The position numbers and the translations under genes were made by a program. A model generated the notes under the pieces. That model ran no database searches. It was not told where the DNA came from and worked only from the letters and a program-made list of their open reading frames with translations. This document shows positions 37,089-46,945 of a DNA stretch of 64,000 nt, piece after piece. The DNA lies in NCBI GenBank assembly GCA_038109055.1, contig JAYNIM010000001.1, forward strand, positions 500,631 through 564,630, read 5' to 3'. The DNA is from a bacterium. Lineage in GTDB: Bacteria > Margulisbacteria > Marinamargulisbacteria > GCA-2716485 > JAYNIM01. Numbering within the stretch: the first letter of the stretch is position 1; each line of letters starts with the position of its first letter.

Positions 37089-37478
37089 TTAGCCCTTTTC
37101 TTTCTCTTTTTTTTGTTCCGTTTTTTTAGCTGTCGTTTTCTTTTTAGTCTTGGATTCTGTCTTTTTCGTGACCTTCGTTGTTGAACTATCCTGGTCTTTT
37201 TTTGCTGCTTGCTCTGCTGTTTGATTGCTTGATTTTTTCTTTTTACGTGTAAGTTTTAATAGACCTGCTTCTCTTAAAACAGATTCGATGCCGTTTTTGG
37301 CAATGGTTCTTAAAGCTGAGGTGCTGACTTTTAAACGTACCCAGCGTTTTTGTTCGGGTAACCAAAAGCGTTTCCACTGTATATTTACCTGCTGTTCGCG
37401 TTTTGTCTTACGGTTTGAATGGCTGACGTTATTTCCTACCAATCGTTTCTTTTTTGTTATCTGACACTGTCTAGACAT
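37089..37478 (-). CDS. rpmB: 50S ribosomal protein L28 with a Lys-rich C-terminal extension
   Basis: MSRQCQITKKKRLVGNNVSHSNRKTKREQQVNIQWKRFWLPEQKRWVRLKVSTSALRTIAKNGI is a canonical L28 core. It is followed by ~55 extra Lys/Thr/Glu-rich residues. Confidence 0.9.
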   Translation of the reverse strand: MSRQCQITKKKRLVGNNVSHSNRKTKREQQVNIQWKRFWLPEQKRWVRLKVSTSALRTIAKNGIESVLREAGLLKLTRKKKKSSNQTAEQAAKKDQDSSTTKVTKKTESKTKKKTTAKKTEQKKEKEKG

Positions 37479-37512
37479 GTGACTTATCTCCTTCGTACAT
37501 TAGTCTTCTAGT

Positions 37513-38910
37513 TTATTCAACTTCAAGCTGTTTTGCAACACTTAAACCTGATTTTTTCAATTGATCTTTTATTTTACTATAGTCGCTTACCAATACAATC
37601 TGCCATTCCTTGTCTTTAAAATAGCGTTTTATAAAGGTATTTACTTCTTTTAACGTTACCTTTTCTAGATTTAAGAGTTCTTGTCTAATCTCCTGATCAC
37701 TCAAGCCCTGTTGCCATGCGTTTAACATATGACTGGCTTTTTGTAAGGGGGTTTCGTAACGAATAGGTAAATTTCCGCGGTAATAGGATTTGGCTGCGTC
37801 TAACTCTTCCTTGGTCATTCCCTCGTTGATCAATTGATCACAGGTTTGTTTTATCGCGTCAATGGTCACGGCCACTTCCTCGTTTCGGGTAAAAGTTTTG
37901 ATCGTAAATAACCCATAATCAGGTTCTAACTGCATACTTGAATAAATCGAATAGGTTAAGCCTTTTTTAACCCTAACTTCGTTCATCAAACGTGAAGAAA
38001 ATGATGAGGCGCCTAAGATATAGTTCATCATGCGATAGGCGACAAATTCTGGATCTGTTTGTTTAAGTCCAGGCAATGATAGAGCAATGGTGGTTTGACT
38101 TAAACCTTCTTTGTTTACTACCCAAAGTTGTTGTTTTGTGGCGCTTTGTGGTTGTTCTGTTTGTTTATTCATCGTCTTGGCCGCCCAGGATGAAAATCTT
38201 TTTGTTAATTTCTTCTTTAGTTCCTTGCTATTAATATCTCCAATACATACCAAGACAGTGCCCACTGGCGAGGCATGATTATAATAAAAGTCATTGATAT
38301 TACTTTGATTAATCTTTGAAATACTTTGGATGGTTGCTTCTCGGCCACTGCGCTGTTTGGGCCCAAAAACAAGTTCATCTAAATAGCGTGTAGCAAGATA
38401 GTCTGGGTCTGTTTTTTGTTTTTTGATTGCAAAGACACTTTGCTTTTTTTTACGCTCCAAGTCTTTGGCTGGAAAGGTAGGAAATTGGCTAAGTTCTTGG
38501 ATAAGACTGATGGCCAAATCGATATCTTTCTTTAACACTTGGCAGTGTATTTCTAGTCCATACAAACTTGGCAGTACTGTTAAACGCCCTCCTACCTGAT
38601 TGATTTTCCGGGTAATGTCTTCCCCACTAAATGATCGGGTACCCTGCTCTAGCATCTGAGAAATTAATGTGAGCATGCCTTCTTTTCCCAATGGATCGTA
38701 AAGCGTCCCTATAGGCATCATTAACTGAAAAAAAACAACCGGTTGTTCCTTGTCTTCTGATAACCATAGGCTCATGCCATTTTCTAATATTGTTTTTTCA
38801 AAAACTGGTAATTTTAATGGATTCATTTTTTTTTCTGTACTTAGGGCTAAAACATGCACGTTTAGGCTTAGTAAAAGACCGACTAGGGCTATCCTCAGGT
38901 AGCTAGCCAT
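37513..38910 (-). CDS. M16-family peptidase, probable non-catalytic subunit
   Basis: Signal peptide and M16 fold colinearity with the upstream paralogue. The zinc motif position reads LISQMLEQGT (no HxxEH). Confidence 0.8.
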   Translation of the reverse strand: MASYLRIALVGLLLSLNVHVLALSTEKKMNPLKLPVFEKTILENGMSLWLSEDKEQPVVFFQLMMPIGTLYDPLGKEGMLTLISQMLEQGTRSFSGEDITRKINQVGGRLTVLPSLYGLEIHCQVLKKDIDLAISLIQELSQFPTFPAKDLERKKKQSVFAIKKQKTDPDYLATRYLDELVFGPKQRSGREATIQSISKINQSNINDFYYNHASPVGTVLVCIGDINSKELKKKLTKRFSSWAAKTMNKQTEQPQSATKQQLWVVNKEGLSQTTIALSLPGLKQTDPEFVAYRMMNYILGASSFSSRLMNEVRVKKGLTYSIYSSMQLEPDYGLFTIKTFTRNEEVAVTIDAIKQTCDQLINEGMTKEELDAAKSYYRGNLPIRYETPLQKASHMLNAWQQGLSDQEIRQELLNLEKVTLKEVNTFIKRYFKDKEWQIVLVSDYSKIKDQLKKSGLSVAKQLEVE

Positions 38911-40288
38911 TTGTCTCTTTTATGTCCTCCTTTTTTGGATAAAAAAGTAATTCTGTTGCATTACCGGGCCGTAAATATTTTCTGGCGACACGTATAATAT
39001 CATCATGAGAGACATTTTTTACCTCTTCAATATAGTGTTCATAACTCTGATAACCGTTCTCGATCAAGGCGGCATGTAGTAATTGTGACGCAATTTTTTC
39101 TGCGGTATAACTGTCAAAATAACGACGTGCTAATGCTTGATTCTTGGCTTTTTGTAGTTCTTGATCCGTCGCGCCTTTTTGTTGAATATCTTGAATCTCT
39201 TTAAAAATAATGTCTCTAATTTTTGATTCTGCCTCGGGTTGATGATATGCCATGAAAGACAAGGTGCCTGTCCCTAGAGAAAAGTCTGGATAACTGACAA
39301 AATTAAAGGCAAGCTCATTTTCTTTGACAATTTTACGATGAAAACGTGCTCCCTTATCATAGTCTAAAATTGAATAGAGTAATTTTAGTGGAATCGCATC
39401 CGGGTGTCTTGCTTCTGGGGTATAAAACGTCCAAATAGTCACAGGAGTAGGCAAGCTACTTTGATCTTTAAACGTCGTTAATTCTTGGGTTTGTCTTGGG
39501 GCTAAGTCCAAATTAATATCCGGCATTTTTGGCCTAGAAGGTATTGCTGTAAAATATTTTTTGGCTAACTGTTTAACAGTGTCTGGAGAAACGTCTCCCA
39601 CAACAACTAATACCGCCTTATTAGGGGCATAGTGTTTTTTATAAAAAGCCTCACATTGTGCCACTGTAAAATGATTAATATCCTCTAATTTTCCGATAGG
39701 TCCATACATGAAAGGATGATTTGGATAAAGTTTTTGTTGTGCTTTGTAATACATTTCTCCATCTGGGTTGTTTTGCACACGCCAATGATATTCTTCTTTG
39801 ACAACTTCGCGCTCTTTATCCAAACGTTGCTGATCAATTTGTAAATATTGCATACGATCAGCTTCTAATCGAAAAACAAGCTCTATTTCAGATGCAGGGA
39901 TTGTTTGAACATAGACGGTTCTGTCATCCGCTGTATACGCATTACTATATCCGCCCACTGCTTGGATTAACTGACTATGTTCTTCATCCCCCACATTTTT
40001 GGATCCGCGAAACATCATATGTTCAAATAAATGAGCCATCCCTTTCTCACCCTTTTGTTCTACATAAGATCCCACACGATAACCGAGATAAACAGCGGCT
40101 TTTGCGGTGCTATGTTTTTCGTAGACAATACACTCCAAACCATTTTTCAATTTAAACGTAGAGATGGGACTTTGCTTGTGTTTTGTTTGAATCTTGTCTG
40201 TTATTTTTGCCATTGTAGATGTTGCATAAATGATTGATAGTAGATAAAAACTTAGTGTTGTTAATTTAAAAAATTTTATTTTTTCCAT
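38903..40288 (-). CDS. M16-family zinc peptidase (pitrilysin family), catalytic subunit
   Basis: Inverted zinc motif HLFEHMMFRGS (HxxEH) followed by GG..NAYT. Signal peptide present. Overlaps the downstream paralogue by 8 nt. Confidence 0.85.
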   Translation of the reverse strand: MEKIKFFKLTTLSFYLLSIIYATSTMAKITDKIQTKHKQSPISTFKLKNGLECIVYEKHSTAKAAVYLGYRVGSYVEQKGEKGMAHLFEHMMFRGSKNVGDEEHSQLIQAVGGYSNAYTADDRTVYVQTIPASEIELVFRLEADRMQYLQIDQQRLDKEREVVKEEYHWRVQNNPDGEMYYKAQQKLYPNHPFMYGPIGKLEDINHFTVAQCEAFYKKHYAPNKAVLVVVGDVSPDTVKQLAKKYFTAIPSRPKMPDINLDLAPRQTQELTTFKDQSSLPTPVTIWTFYTPEARHPDAIPLKLLYSILDYDKGARFHRKIVKENELAFNFVSYPDFSLGTGTLSFMAYHQPEAESKIRDIIFKEIQDIQQKGATDQELQKAKNQALARRYFDSYTAEKIASQLLHAALIENGYQSYEHYIEEVKNVSHDDIIRVARKYLRPGNATELLFYPKKEDIKETNG

Positions 40289-40313
40289 TATTAGCTGTTA
40301 AACTTATGATGAT

Positions 40314-41765
40314 ATGGCTTTAAAATCAATGGTTCTTATCATAGCACTAAAAGATACATGTACAGAAGTCCAACTTTTAAATTCGCAAGCCAAGGTCTGT
40401 GCGTCTGCTACACAAGAGTATTCTAGTCATGATCAACACGCCGATATGATCTCCTATGATCCGATTGAACTCTTATTTCATGTTCGTTCTGCCATCCAAC
40501 AGGTGCTTCAACAGGCCAAACAGTGCCATATTGCCCATATTCTTATTTGCAATCACAGTCAAACAGCCATGTATTGGGATGCTGATAGTGGAAAACCCCT
40601 GTCTCCTGTTATTGGTAGTACATGTTTGAGAGGTATCAGTAGTTGTCGTTTTTTTCAAAACAATCATTTAGCTGATGATATTTATCATAAAACTGGACTC
40701 CCTCTATCTCCTAGTTACCTAGGCATCAAATGTCACTGGCTAAACGAGAATTTCTCTGATGCCTTTTTCTCTAAAAAAATCATGTTTGGAGGATTTGAAA
40801 CCTGGCTCCTGTATCAATTAAGCGGTAAAAAAGCGTATTGTATGTCTCTGTGTCAAGCAAGTCAAAGTATGCTTTTTAATATTTCTAGTTGTGATTGGGA
40901 TCCTTTATTATGTTCAGACTGCCTTCCTCAAAACCACCTTTTACCCAAGGTCATTTCTGATCCAAGCTCTATTTTTGCTAAAACGCTGCACTTTATGCCG
41001 TTGCTTGATGATATCCCTATTACTATCATCTGTCATGAAAACAAATCGAAATATTGGGCCTGTCAGCACTTTAACTTCTCAGACTTAGTGATTGATTTTT
41101 CTGCTGAACGCTTTTCCTTGCTTTCTCATTCTGGCCACCATTTTAACAAAACAAATACCCGATTACCCCAACACTTGATTCATCGTGCAGATGACTCACT
41201 TTATTTGTTTAAGAAAACCGTGGAACTTGCACCTTGGCCCCAACAGCTTTTCCCTCAACTTTCTACCAAATTATTATCTGATACCCCTATTTCACTTGAA
41301 CATATTCAACATCCTCAGGTGATTATTCATTCTACTAGTTTACCAAGGCCTTCTTTTGGTCGACCTAAACAGACCTTGGGTATCCTAGGACTTGATGCTA
41401 CTTCCTCTATCGATGATTTAACCTGGGCGTTTATTGCACATCGCGCCTTTGTTTTATTTGAAGCCATAGAATCACTGTCTACTGTTCTATCTAAGTCGCC
41501 TCAACATCTTTTCTTTGCCAGTCACTGTCTGAGTTCTGAATCGTATATACTATGTGAGTTGCTCCAACGGCCACTTAGCTGTTTTTATGGCCCTTCTTGG
41601 GACCTTTATGGATGCCTGTTATTATTTCAGAAGCAGACCTCTTTTTTTTCTGAACTTTCTTTAAAAAAATGGCTCAAATCAAAAACCTTATTACCTAATT
41701 TGGATCCTATTACTGTGTATGGGTTAAAACAAAGCTGGACCCAGGCGTCTTCTAACACAAAATAG
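40314..41765 (+). CDS. FGGY-family carbohydrate kinase-like protein (glycerol-kinase-like) with degenerate active-site motifs
   Basis: FETWLLYQLSGKKAYCMSLCQASQSMLFNISSCDWDPLL parallels GlpK DTWLIWKLTGG..H.TD.TNASRTMLFNI..L.WD..L. The N-terminal phosphate-1 motif ALDQGTTS is replaced by ALKDTCTE. Confidence 0.55.
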   Translation: MALKSMVLIIALKDTCTEVQLLNSQAKVCASATQEYSSHDQHADMISYDPIELLFHVRSAIQQVLQQAKQCHIAHILICNHSQTAMYWDADSGKPLSPVIGSTCLRGISSCRFFQNNHLADDIYHKTGLPLSPSYLGIKCHWLNENFSDAFFSKKIMFGGFETWLLYQLSGKKAYCMSLCQASQSMLFNISSCDWDPLLCSDCLPQNHLLPKVISDPSSIFAKTLHFMPLLDDIPITIICHENKSKYWACQHFNFSDLVIDFSAERFSLLSHSGHHFNKTNTRLPQHLIHRADDSLYLFKKTVELAPWPQQLFPQLSTKLLSDTPISLEHIQHPQVIIHSTSLPRPSFGRPKQTLGILGLDATSSIDDLTWAFIAHRAFVLFEAIESLSTVLSKSPQHLFFASHCLSSESYILCELLQRPLSCFYGPSWDLYGCLLLFQKQTSFFSELSLKKWLKSKTLLPNLDPITVYGLKQSWTQASSNTK

Positions 41766-41823
41766 ATAACCTGTATTATATGTTTACGAAAACTTAAACT
41801 GGGGCATATAATACATACAACCT

Positions 41824-42462
41824 ATGATTTTATGTATCAATACTGCTTGTTTTCCATTTGGCATTGCCCTTTTTGATAAAGGTCAATTATCTGCGAGTCG
41901 CTACCCTATTGATGGACAGTCTTTATCAGAGAATTTAATTTCTCAGTTACATGACCTGACGCGTCCCTTTGGAGGTCTACGTCAGTTGTCTGGTATCGCG
42001 TGTCTAAAAGGTCCCGGACGTTACATTAGTTTGCGTATTGGTTCGACGACTGTTCGTACAATTGCGCAAATATTTGACATCCCTATTCGAGGGTTTTGTT
42101 CGTTGACCTGTATGGCCATGCCTTACCGTTTTCATGCAGGCCTTTATATGTCGATTCTTCCCTCCTATGCGTCGCATTATCATGTTCGTCTTTTTGGCTC
42201 AGATGGCATGACATTACAGCCTAAAACCTCTCTTATGCATCTTGATCACGACCGTTTATGTCAGCATTTATCTGCCTATAAAAAAGAGGTCTCTGTTATT
42301 TGTAACTCTGATTGTTCCTTTTCTAAACAGTTTGATCATCAGCCTTGGATTCGTTTTTTGACCTGTGATTCTCATTTGCAAAATTTACTCGCTTGTTATC
42401 TTGATATCCCCAGCCATCACACGTCTTGGAGGGAACTTGACCTTGTTTATCAAGAACATTAG
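41824..42462 (+). CDS. tsaB: tRNA threonylcarbamoyladenosine biosynthesis protein TsaB
   Basis: MILCINTACFPFGIALFDKG ... IACLKGPGRYISLRIGSTTVRTIAQIFDIPIRGFCSL parallels TsaB (ILAIDTA.E.CSVAL ... GPGSFTG.RIG...A.GLA......I.GVS.L). Confidence 0.7.
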   Translation: MILCINTACFPFGIALFDKGQLSASRYPIDGQSLSENLISQLHDLTRPFGGLRQLSGIACLKGPGRYISLRIGSTTVRTIAQIFDIPIRGFCSLTCMAMPYRFHAGLYMSILPSYASHYHVRLFGSDGMTLQPKTSLMHLDHDRLCQHLSAYKKEVSVICNSDCSFSKQFDHQPWIRFLTCDSHLQNLLACYLDIPSHHTSWRELDLVYQEH

Positions 42463-44836
42463 TACTGCTTTTCGACAAACTACATTTGTTGCTTTATTTC
42501 CTACATTCCTGACTTGGCTTATTTTTTATTTTATTATCTTTGTTCCTATCTCTTTGTCTGCGACATCCTCTACCTTGTATGATGCCTTAAAACAAGGCCT
42601 TAATACTCGTGCTCATACTATGGGTCAATCTTTTACAGCCATTGCTGATAATGGCAGTGGATTAAGCTATAACCCAGCAGGGATTTCTCGCTTAGATTTT
42701 GGCCTTGATTTTCAACATATTGATGTACAACATGCGGTCTATGAGCGCGCATCAACCTATAGTTTAAAATTACCCCCGCTGGCCTTAAATATTGACAGTT
42801 ACCACTCTAGTTCAGATGTTTTTGCACGTGTTTCTGCATTAAACTTTGGCTCTGTTAAGCCTCGTTCAATCTCCTGGGGCTTTCGTTATAAATATATTGA
42901 ATCGTCTGATAAAGATGGTTGGAGTAGCGATATTGGATTGTTGCTACACACCTACCCTTTTATGGATATTGGCCTTGTTGCCAAAGACTTTATCAATACC
43001 GTTGATATTGATAGCACCTTTGCTATTGGCTCTGCTTTTTTTACCCCTCAGAAGCGCTTTATTTTTGCTAGCGACCTTATTTATGATAGCTCCTCTTTGC
43101 GTGGATCTTCTTATGATCTTACTGTTGGCATTGAATTTCATGTCTTACAAGAATTGGCATTGCGAGCCGGATATGGCCAACATCATTCTCGCTTGGGCTT
43201 TGGATTTTTATTCCCTTTTGGAAGCCTTGATTATGGGGTTAAATTTTTATCGAATGAAGAACAACATATGCTTGGTATTCAGATTGGCCTGCCTCGCAGT
43301 TTTCGTCCTAAATTTTATCAAACGCTTACTCGGCCATCTCATTATACCTTTATTGAGTTAGGACAGGGCAGCCTTAGTCAGGGCAAATCAGAAAAAAGTT
43401 TATTGGGTGGCAATAAATTAGGGAGTAACGATTTATTATCCTTGATTCATACCTCTAGTCTGGATCCTTTCTGTGAAGGCTATGTCATTAAACTTCATTC
43501 TTTATCGTCAGATTTGGCATCGTTAAGTTTACTGCAAGAACTTCGTCTTGAACTTGAGAAAGCCAAAAAAAATGGTAAAAAAATCTATGTTTATATTACG
43601 CACTGGGCCACCATGCCTGATTATTATCTTGCTAGTATCGCTGATCACATTGTTATCCCTGAACTTGGCACACTGAGCCATTTGGGCTTAACCTTAGATA
43701 TTAAAAAAACCAAAGCATTTTTGAATAAATTTGGCATACAGCCTATTGTCCTATCTCAAGGTGCGTATAAAACAAGCTCTTCTCCACATACGGATCCCCT
43801 TGAAGACTACGAAAAATCTTTTTTAGAAGATTTATTACAAACTATGTACATGCAACTGGCTGAAGATATTCAATCTTCTCGTCATATTACTTGGCAGTCG
43901 ATTCATCATTATTTTGATGGCCAATTGATTACTGCCTCGCAAGCCAAAAAAATTGGCCTTGTTGATCACTTGGCATACTGGCCTGATTTAAAGCATGTTG
44001 TAAATAAAAATGGTGATGACATACGTCTTGTCCCTATTGAGGCGTATCTCCCCCCCCCACAAGCACGACCTCTCTTAGATTTTTCTGATTATATTGCAGT
44101 CATTGAAATTGATGGGTTTATTCAGCAAGGCCCTAATACAACTAATTTCCTTTTTGGACAGAATGCGACGGGCTCTGATGACTTTGACGAGATGATTGAT
44201 TCACTCATTAAAAACGCTCATATTAAGGGGCTTATTGTACGGATTAATAGTGGTGGTGGTAGTATGATGGCGTCTGATCAAATATATCAAGCTCTACAAA
44301 AATTTCGCTCATCTGGCCGGCCTGTTTATAGTTCTATGGGAAATTTAGCTGCTTCTGGCGGATACTATGTTGCACTGGGAAGTGATAAAATCTTTGCTAA
44401 TAGTTCGACGTTAACAGGCAGCATTGGAGTCATGTCGTCTTTTTTGAATTTCCAAGAACTTTACGAACGTTTAGGTATTTCTCATGACCAGTTGAAAACC
44501 GGTAAATTCATGGATTTATTTTCGTCAAATCACTTACCTAGTGAGGAGCATCTGCAGATGATCAAAGCTCACCAGCAAAAACATTATGATTTTTTTTCAG
44601 CTAGAGTGATGAAAGATCGTCACCTGACTGATGACGAAGCATTTTTTGTTTCTCAAGGTCAATTATTTACTGGAAAACAAGCTAAAAAATTAAAGTTAAT
44701 TGATGAAGTCGGAAACTTTCAGGATACTATACAGACACTTGCAACTAAGCTTTCTATCAATCCTAAAAACTTACTATTTATTCGGAAGAAAGCTAAACAA
44801 CATTTTTCTTTGATGGATATTCTTTCGTTGTTTTAA
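42365..44836 (+). CDS. sppA: Signal peptide peptidase SppA (67K type, two ClpP-like halves) with a ~330 aa N-terminal beta-barrel-like extension
   Basis: RINSGGGSMMASDQIYQAL and GNLAASGGYYVALGSDKIFANSSTLTGSIGV (catalytic Ser context). The N-terminal region begins ...LNTRAHTMGQSFTAIADNGSGLSYNPAGI and continues strand-like. The start is uncertain because the ORF overlaps tsaB by ~100 nt. Confidence 0.75.
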   Translation: MILICKIYSLVILISPAITRLGGNLTLFIKNISTAFRQTTFVALFPTFLTWLIFYFIIFVPISLSATSSTLYDALKQGLNTRAHTMGQSFTAIADNGSGLSYNPAGISRLDFGLDFQHIDVQHAVYERASTYSLKLPPLALNIDSYHSSSDVFARVSALNFGSVKPRSISWGFRYKYIESSDKDGWSSDIGLLLHTYPFMDIGLVAKDFINTVDIDSTFAIGSAFFTPQKRFIFASDLIYDSSSLRGSSYDLTVGIEFHVLQELALRAGYGQHHSRLGFGFLFPFGSLDYGVKFLSNEEQHMLGIQIGLPRSFRPKFYQTLTRPSHYTFIELGQGSLSQGKSEKSLLGGNKLGSNDLLSLIHTSSLDPFCEGYVIKLHSLSSDLASLSLLQELRLELEKAKKNGKKIYVYITHWATMPDYYLASIADHIVIPELGTLSHLGLTLDIKKTKAFLNKFGIQPIVLSQGAYKTSSSPHTDPLEDYEKSFLEDLLQTMYMQLAEDIQSSRHITWQSIHHYFDGQLITASQAKKIGLVDHLAYWPDLKHVVNKNGDDIRLVPIEAYLPPPQARPLLDFSDYIAVIEIDGFIQQGPNTTNFLFGQNATGSDDFDEMIDSLIKNAHIKGLIVRINSGGGSMMASDQIYQALQKFRSSGRPVYSSMGNLAASGGYYVALGSDKIFANSSTLTGSIGVMSSFLNFQELYERLGISHDQLKTGKFMDLFSSNHLPSEEHLQMIKAHQQKHYDFFSARVMKDRHLTDDEAFFVSQGQLFTGKQAKKLKLIDEVGNFQDTIQTLATKLSINPKNLLFIRKKAKQHFSLMDILSLF

Positions 44837-45146
44837 TCCCTTATCTTTACTCAAATCATTTAAGGATAGTCTGTATATATCTGATTCAAGAAATTTCTGC
44901 CCCCTTTGATTAAGATTATAAGACCTTAGTTAAATTTTACAATATTTTTATTCATCCGGATCTATTTCATCTTTTAAGAGGATGCAGAGTTTTTGTCGCT
45001 AAAGGTATAAATTTTACTGAAAACTAAGCCAATAAAACACTTGCTATTCTAGCTAAAAATGTCGTCTTTCTTTTGAAAGAGTCCAAAGAAGGATTTTTGA
45101 TGGGTATCTATACCTTCTTTTTTAATTTTTTTTCTTTTGTATGTAA

Positions 45147-45446
45147 TTAATAGTCGCTTCTGTTTGACCCAAAACTTGATGAGCGGCCTTTGGGTCTTCT
45201 ATCTTCTGCTTCATTTACTCTGAGTGCACGACCTTGTAATTCTTCGCCATTTTTTTTACAGGCTTCTTGCATGCCTTCTTCTGTTTTAAATGTAATAAAA
45301 GCAAAACCCTTAGAACGGCCTGTTTGCATATCTGAAATAAGTTTTACTTCTTCAATTTCTCCGCATTTGCTAAATTCTTCTTCTAGCGCTTCTTCTGAAA
45401 GAGAAAAAGACAAATTTCCAACATATACTTTTCTATTATTTTTCAT
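45147..45446 (-). CDS. RRM-type RNA-binding protein
   Basis: RNP-2 KVYVGNL and RNP-1 KGFAFITF motifs, with an Arg/Ser-rich tail. Confidence 0.9.
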   Translation of the reverse strand: MKNNRKVYVGNLSFSLSEEALEEEFSKCGEIEEVKLISDMQTGRSKGFAFITFKTEEGMQEACKKNGEELQGRALRVNEAEDRRPKGRSSSFGSNRSDY

Positions 45447-45511
45447 TTTTTCCTTTTTTTACCTACCCATAGTTAATTTTTCTACTATACATTCAGCGTA
45501 TGGATTCGCCT

Positions 45512-46945
45512 TTAAACTCGTATAATGAATCTGAACAATAACAGAAACAATAAGCTTATTGCAACTGTCACGACTGCTTTTTTTATAAAACTTGTCTGTT
45601 TTTGTTCATTACCGTTGCTTTTTAATTCTCTATTTACTGTTTTAATAGCTTCACTTTCTTTAATTTCTGGCTTGCTTATATTTATTTTAGATGTACCCTC
45701 TAATTTTAATAACTCTTTGATTTGTTTCTGTCTAGCCTTCACTTGCTTCTTTGATACCTTTTCTGACTTTGCCTTTCTTAGCTGCTCTAAATTAATTTTT
45801 TTGATAGGCACTGTTATTATTGCTTTAGGTGTTATAACAGGTTTCGCTATGGCGTGTATTGGTTCCTTGATTACTGGGATGTTCTTTTCTATGACAATAA
45901 GGTCTTCTTTTTTCTCTATCTCTTGCTTTTTCTCAGTTTTCTCTATTTTTTCTACCTTTTTTTCCTTTGTAATTAGTTTCTTGAGATTAATAGAAAAATA
46001 AAACTGATTTTGATTGACCTCATAATCAGTTTTTTCATAAGCAAAATCAAAACTAACCTTCCCTATGTCTACGTTTATCCCCATACTATACTGCCCAAAA
46101 CGCTTATTCTGCGCGATATGTTGTGAATATCCCCCAGAGACTGTAATAGTAGGTACATTAAACACCGTTTTTTCTAAGGCAATGGCTGGACAAAGGTAGA
46201 CCCTATTATCTGCGTAGGTATTGTTATAGCTTAGGATATTTAGCTGTCCTAGGATATTAAGGTCTTGTACCTGATATTTGAGCGCTGCTTGAACCTGTTG
46301 AGGTAAGTGATAGCTAATTCCATTACTTTCGCCTCCGCTATAGTTCATTTTAGAGAACGATAGAATATTTTTTAACCCGATACTTGTTGATAAACGCTCA
46401 TTAATCTGGGTATATAGACCTAGATCCATGTTGAATGCACTACCACTCACTCTATCCATTTTATAGCTAAAATGAGAAAGATTTATCCCTATTTTGTGTC
46501 TTTCCTTCAAACTATTGGCATAGCCCACTTTTAACACGCTATCTTTATAGGCGAAGTAGTAATCGACTCTGGGAAAATCTGTCTCTCCTAAACCTTCGAC
46601 CTTAATTAAAGCCGTTGTATGTGGAATCACATCTGAACTATGCTGTATATATCCAATCGCGATACTTCCTTTTTTGAACGGATAATTGATCGCGAGGCTA
46701 CTTAGTTTACCTTCTCTGTCTGCAATATAGCTATCAAACAGGGTCATACTTGCATAGTTTAAATTGTCTAAGGCTGCTGGATTCTCGAATATCACTGTGG
46801 CTGTCTGTCCAAAACCGGCGATCCTGGCTTGCCTTAAAAAACTCGCTGAACTTGGTAATAAGGAGACATCTAAGGCGGTACTCGCCAAGGTTGTACTAAT
46901 CAACATGCCCATCATTACTGTTATTATTTTTCTTATGATTTTCAT
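45512..46945 (-). CDS. Putative outer-membrane beta-barrel protein (PorV/TraF/UPF0164-like N-terminal region) with a Lys/Glu-rich linker and C-terminal TM segment
   Basis: Signal peptide. ARIAGFGQTATVIFENPAALDNL resembles the ..R..GMGGA..A..DD..A...NPA motif. About 300 aa of alternating strand pattern are followed by KEKKVEKIEKTEKKQEIEKKE and a terminal VVTVAISLLFLLLFRFII. Confidence 0.4.
   Translation of the reverse strand: MKIIRKIITVMMGMLISTTLASTALDVSLLPSSASFLRQARIAGFGQTATVIFENPAALDNLNYASMTLFDSYIADREGKLSSLAINYPFKKGSIAIGYIQHSSDVIPHTTALIKVEGLGETDFPRVDYYFAYKDSVLKVGYANSLKERHKIGINLSHFSYKMDRVSGSAFNMDLGLYTQINERLSTSIGLKNILSFSKMNYSGGESNGISYHLPQQVQAALKYQVQDLNILGQLNILSYNNTYADNRVYLCPAIALEKTVFNVPTITVSGGYSQHIAQNKRFGQYSMGINVDIGKVSFDFAYEKTDYEVNQNQFYFSINLKKLITKEKKVEKIEKTEKKQEIEKKEDLIVIEKNIPVIKEPIHAIAKPVITPKAIITVPIKKINLEQLRKAKSEKVSKKQVKARQKQIKELLKLEGTSKINISKPEIKESEAIKTVNRELKSNGNEQKQTSFIKKAVVTVAISLLFLLLFRFIIRV

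Noticed and set aside
42846-43361. 171-aa plus-strand ORF inside sppA
   Set aside because: It is an out-of-frame overlap with a long ORF that has clear homology, and its low-complexity hydrophobic translation is typical of an off-frame reading.
45085-45130. Possible rho-independent terminator (AAAGAAGG ... CCTTCTTT followed by a T-run) between sppA and the RRM gene
   Set aside because: The stem is only 8 bp and AT-rich, with a 20-nt loop. That is too weak to call as a feature.
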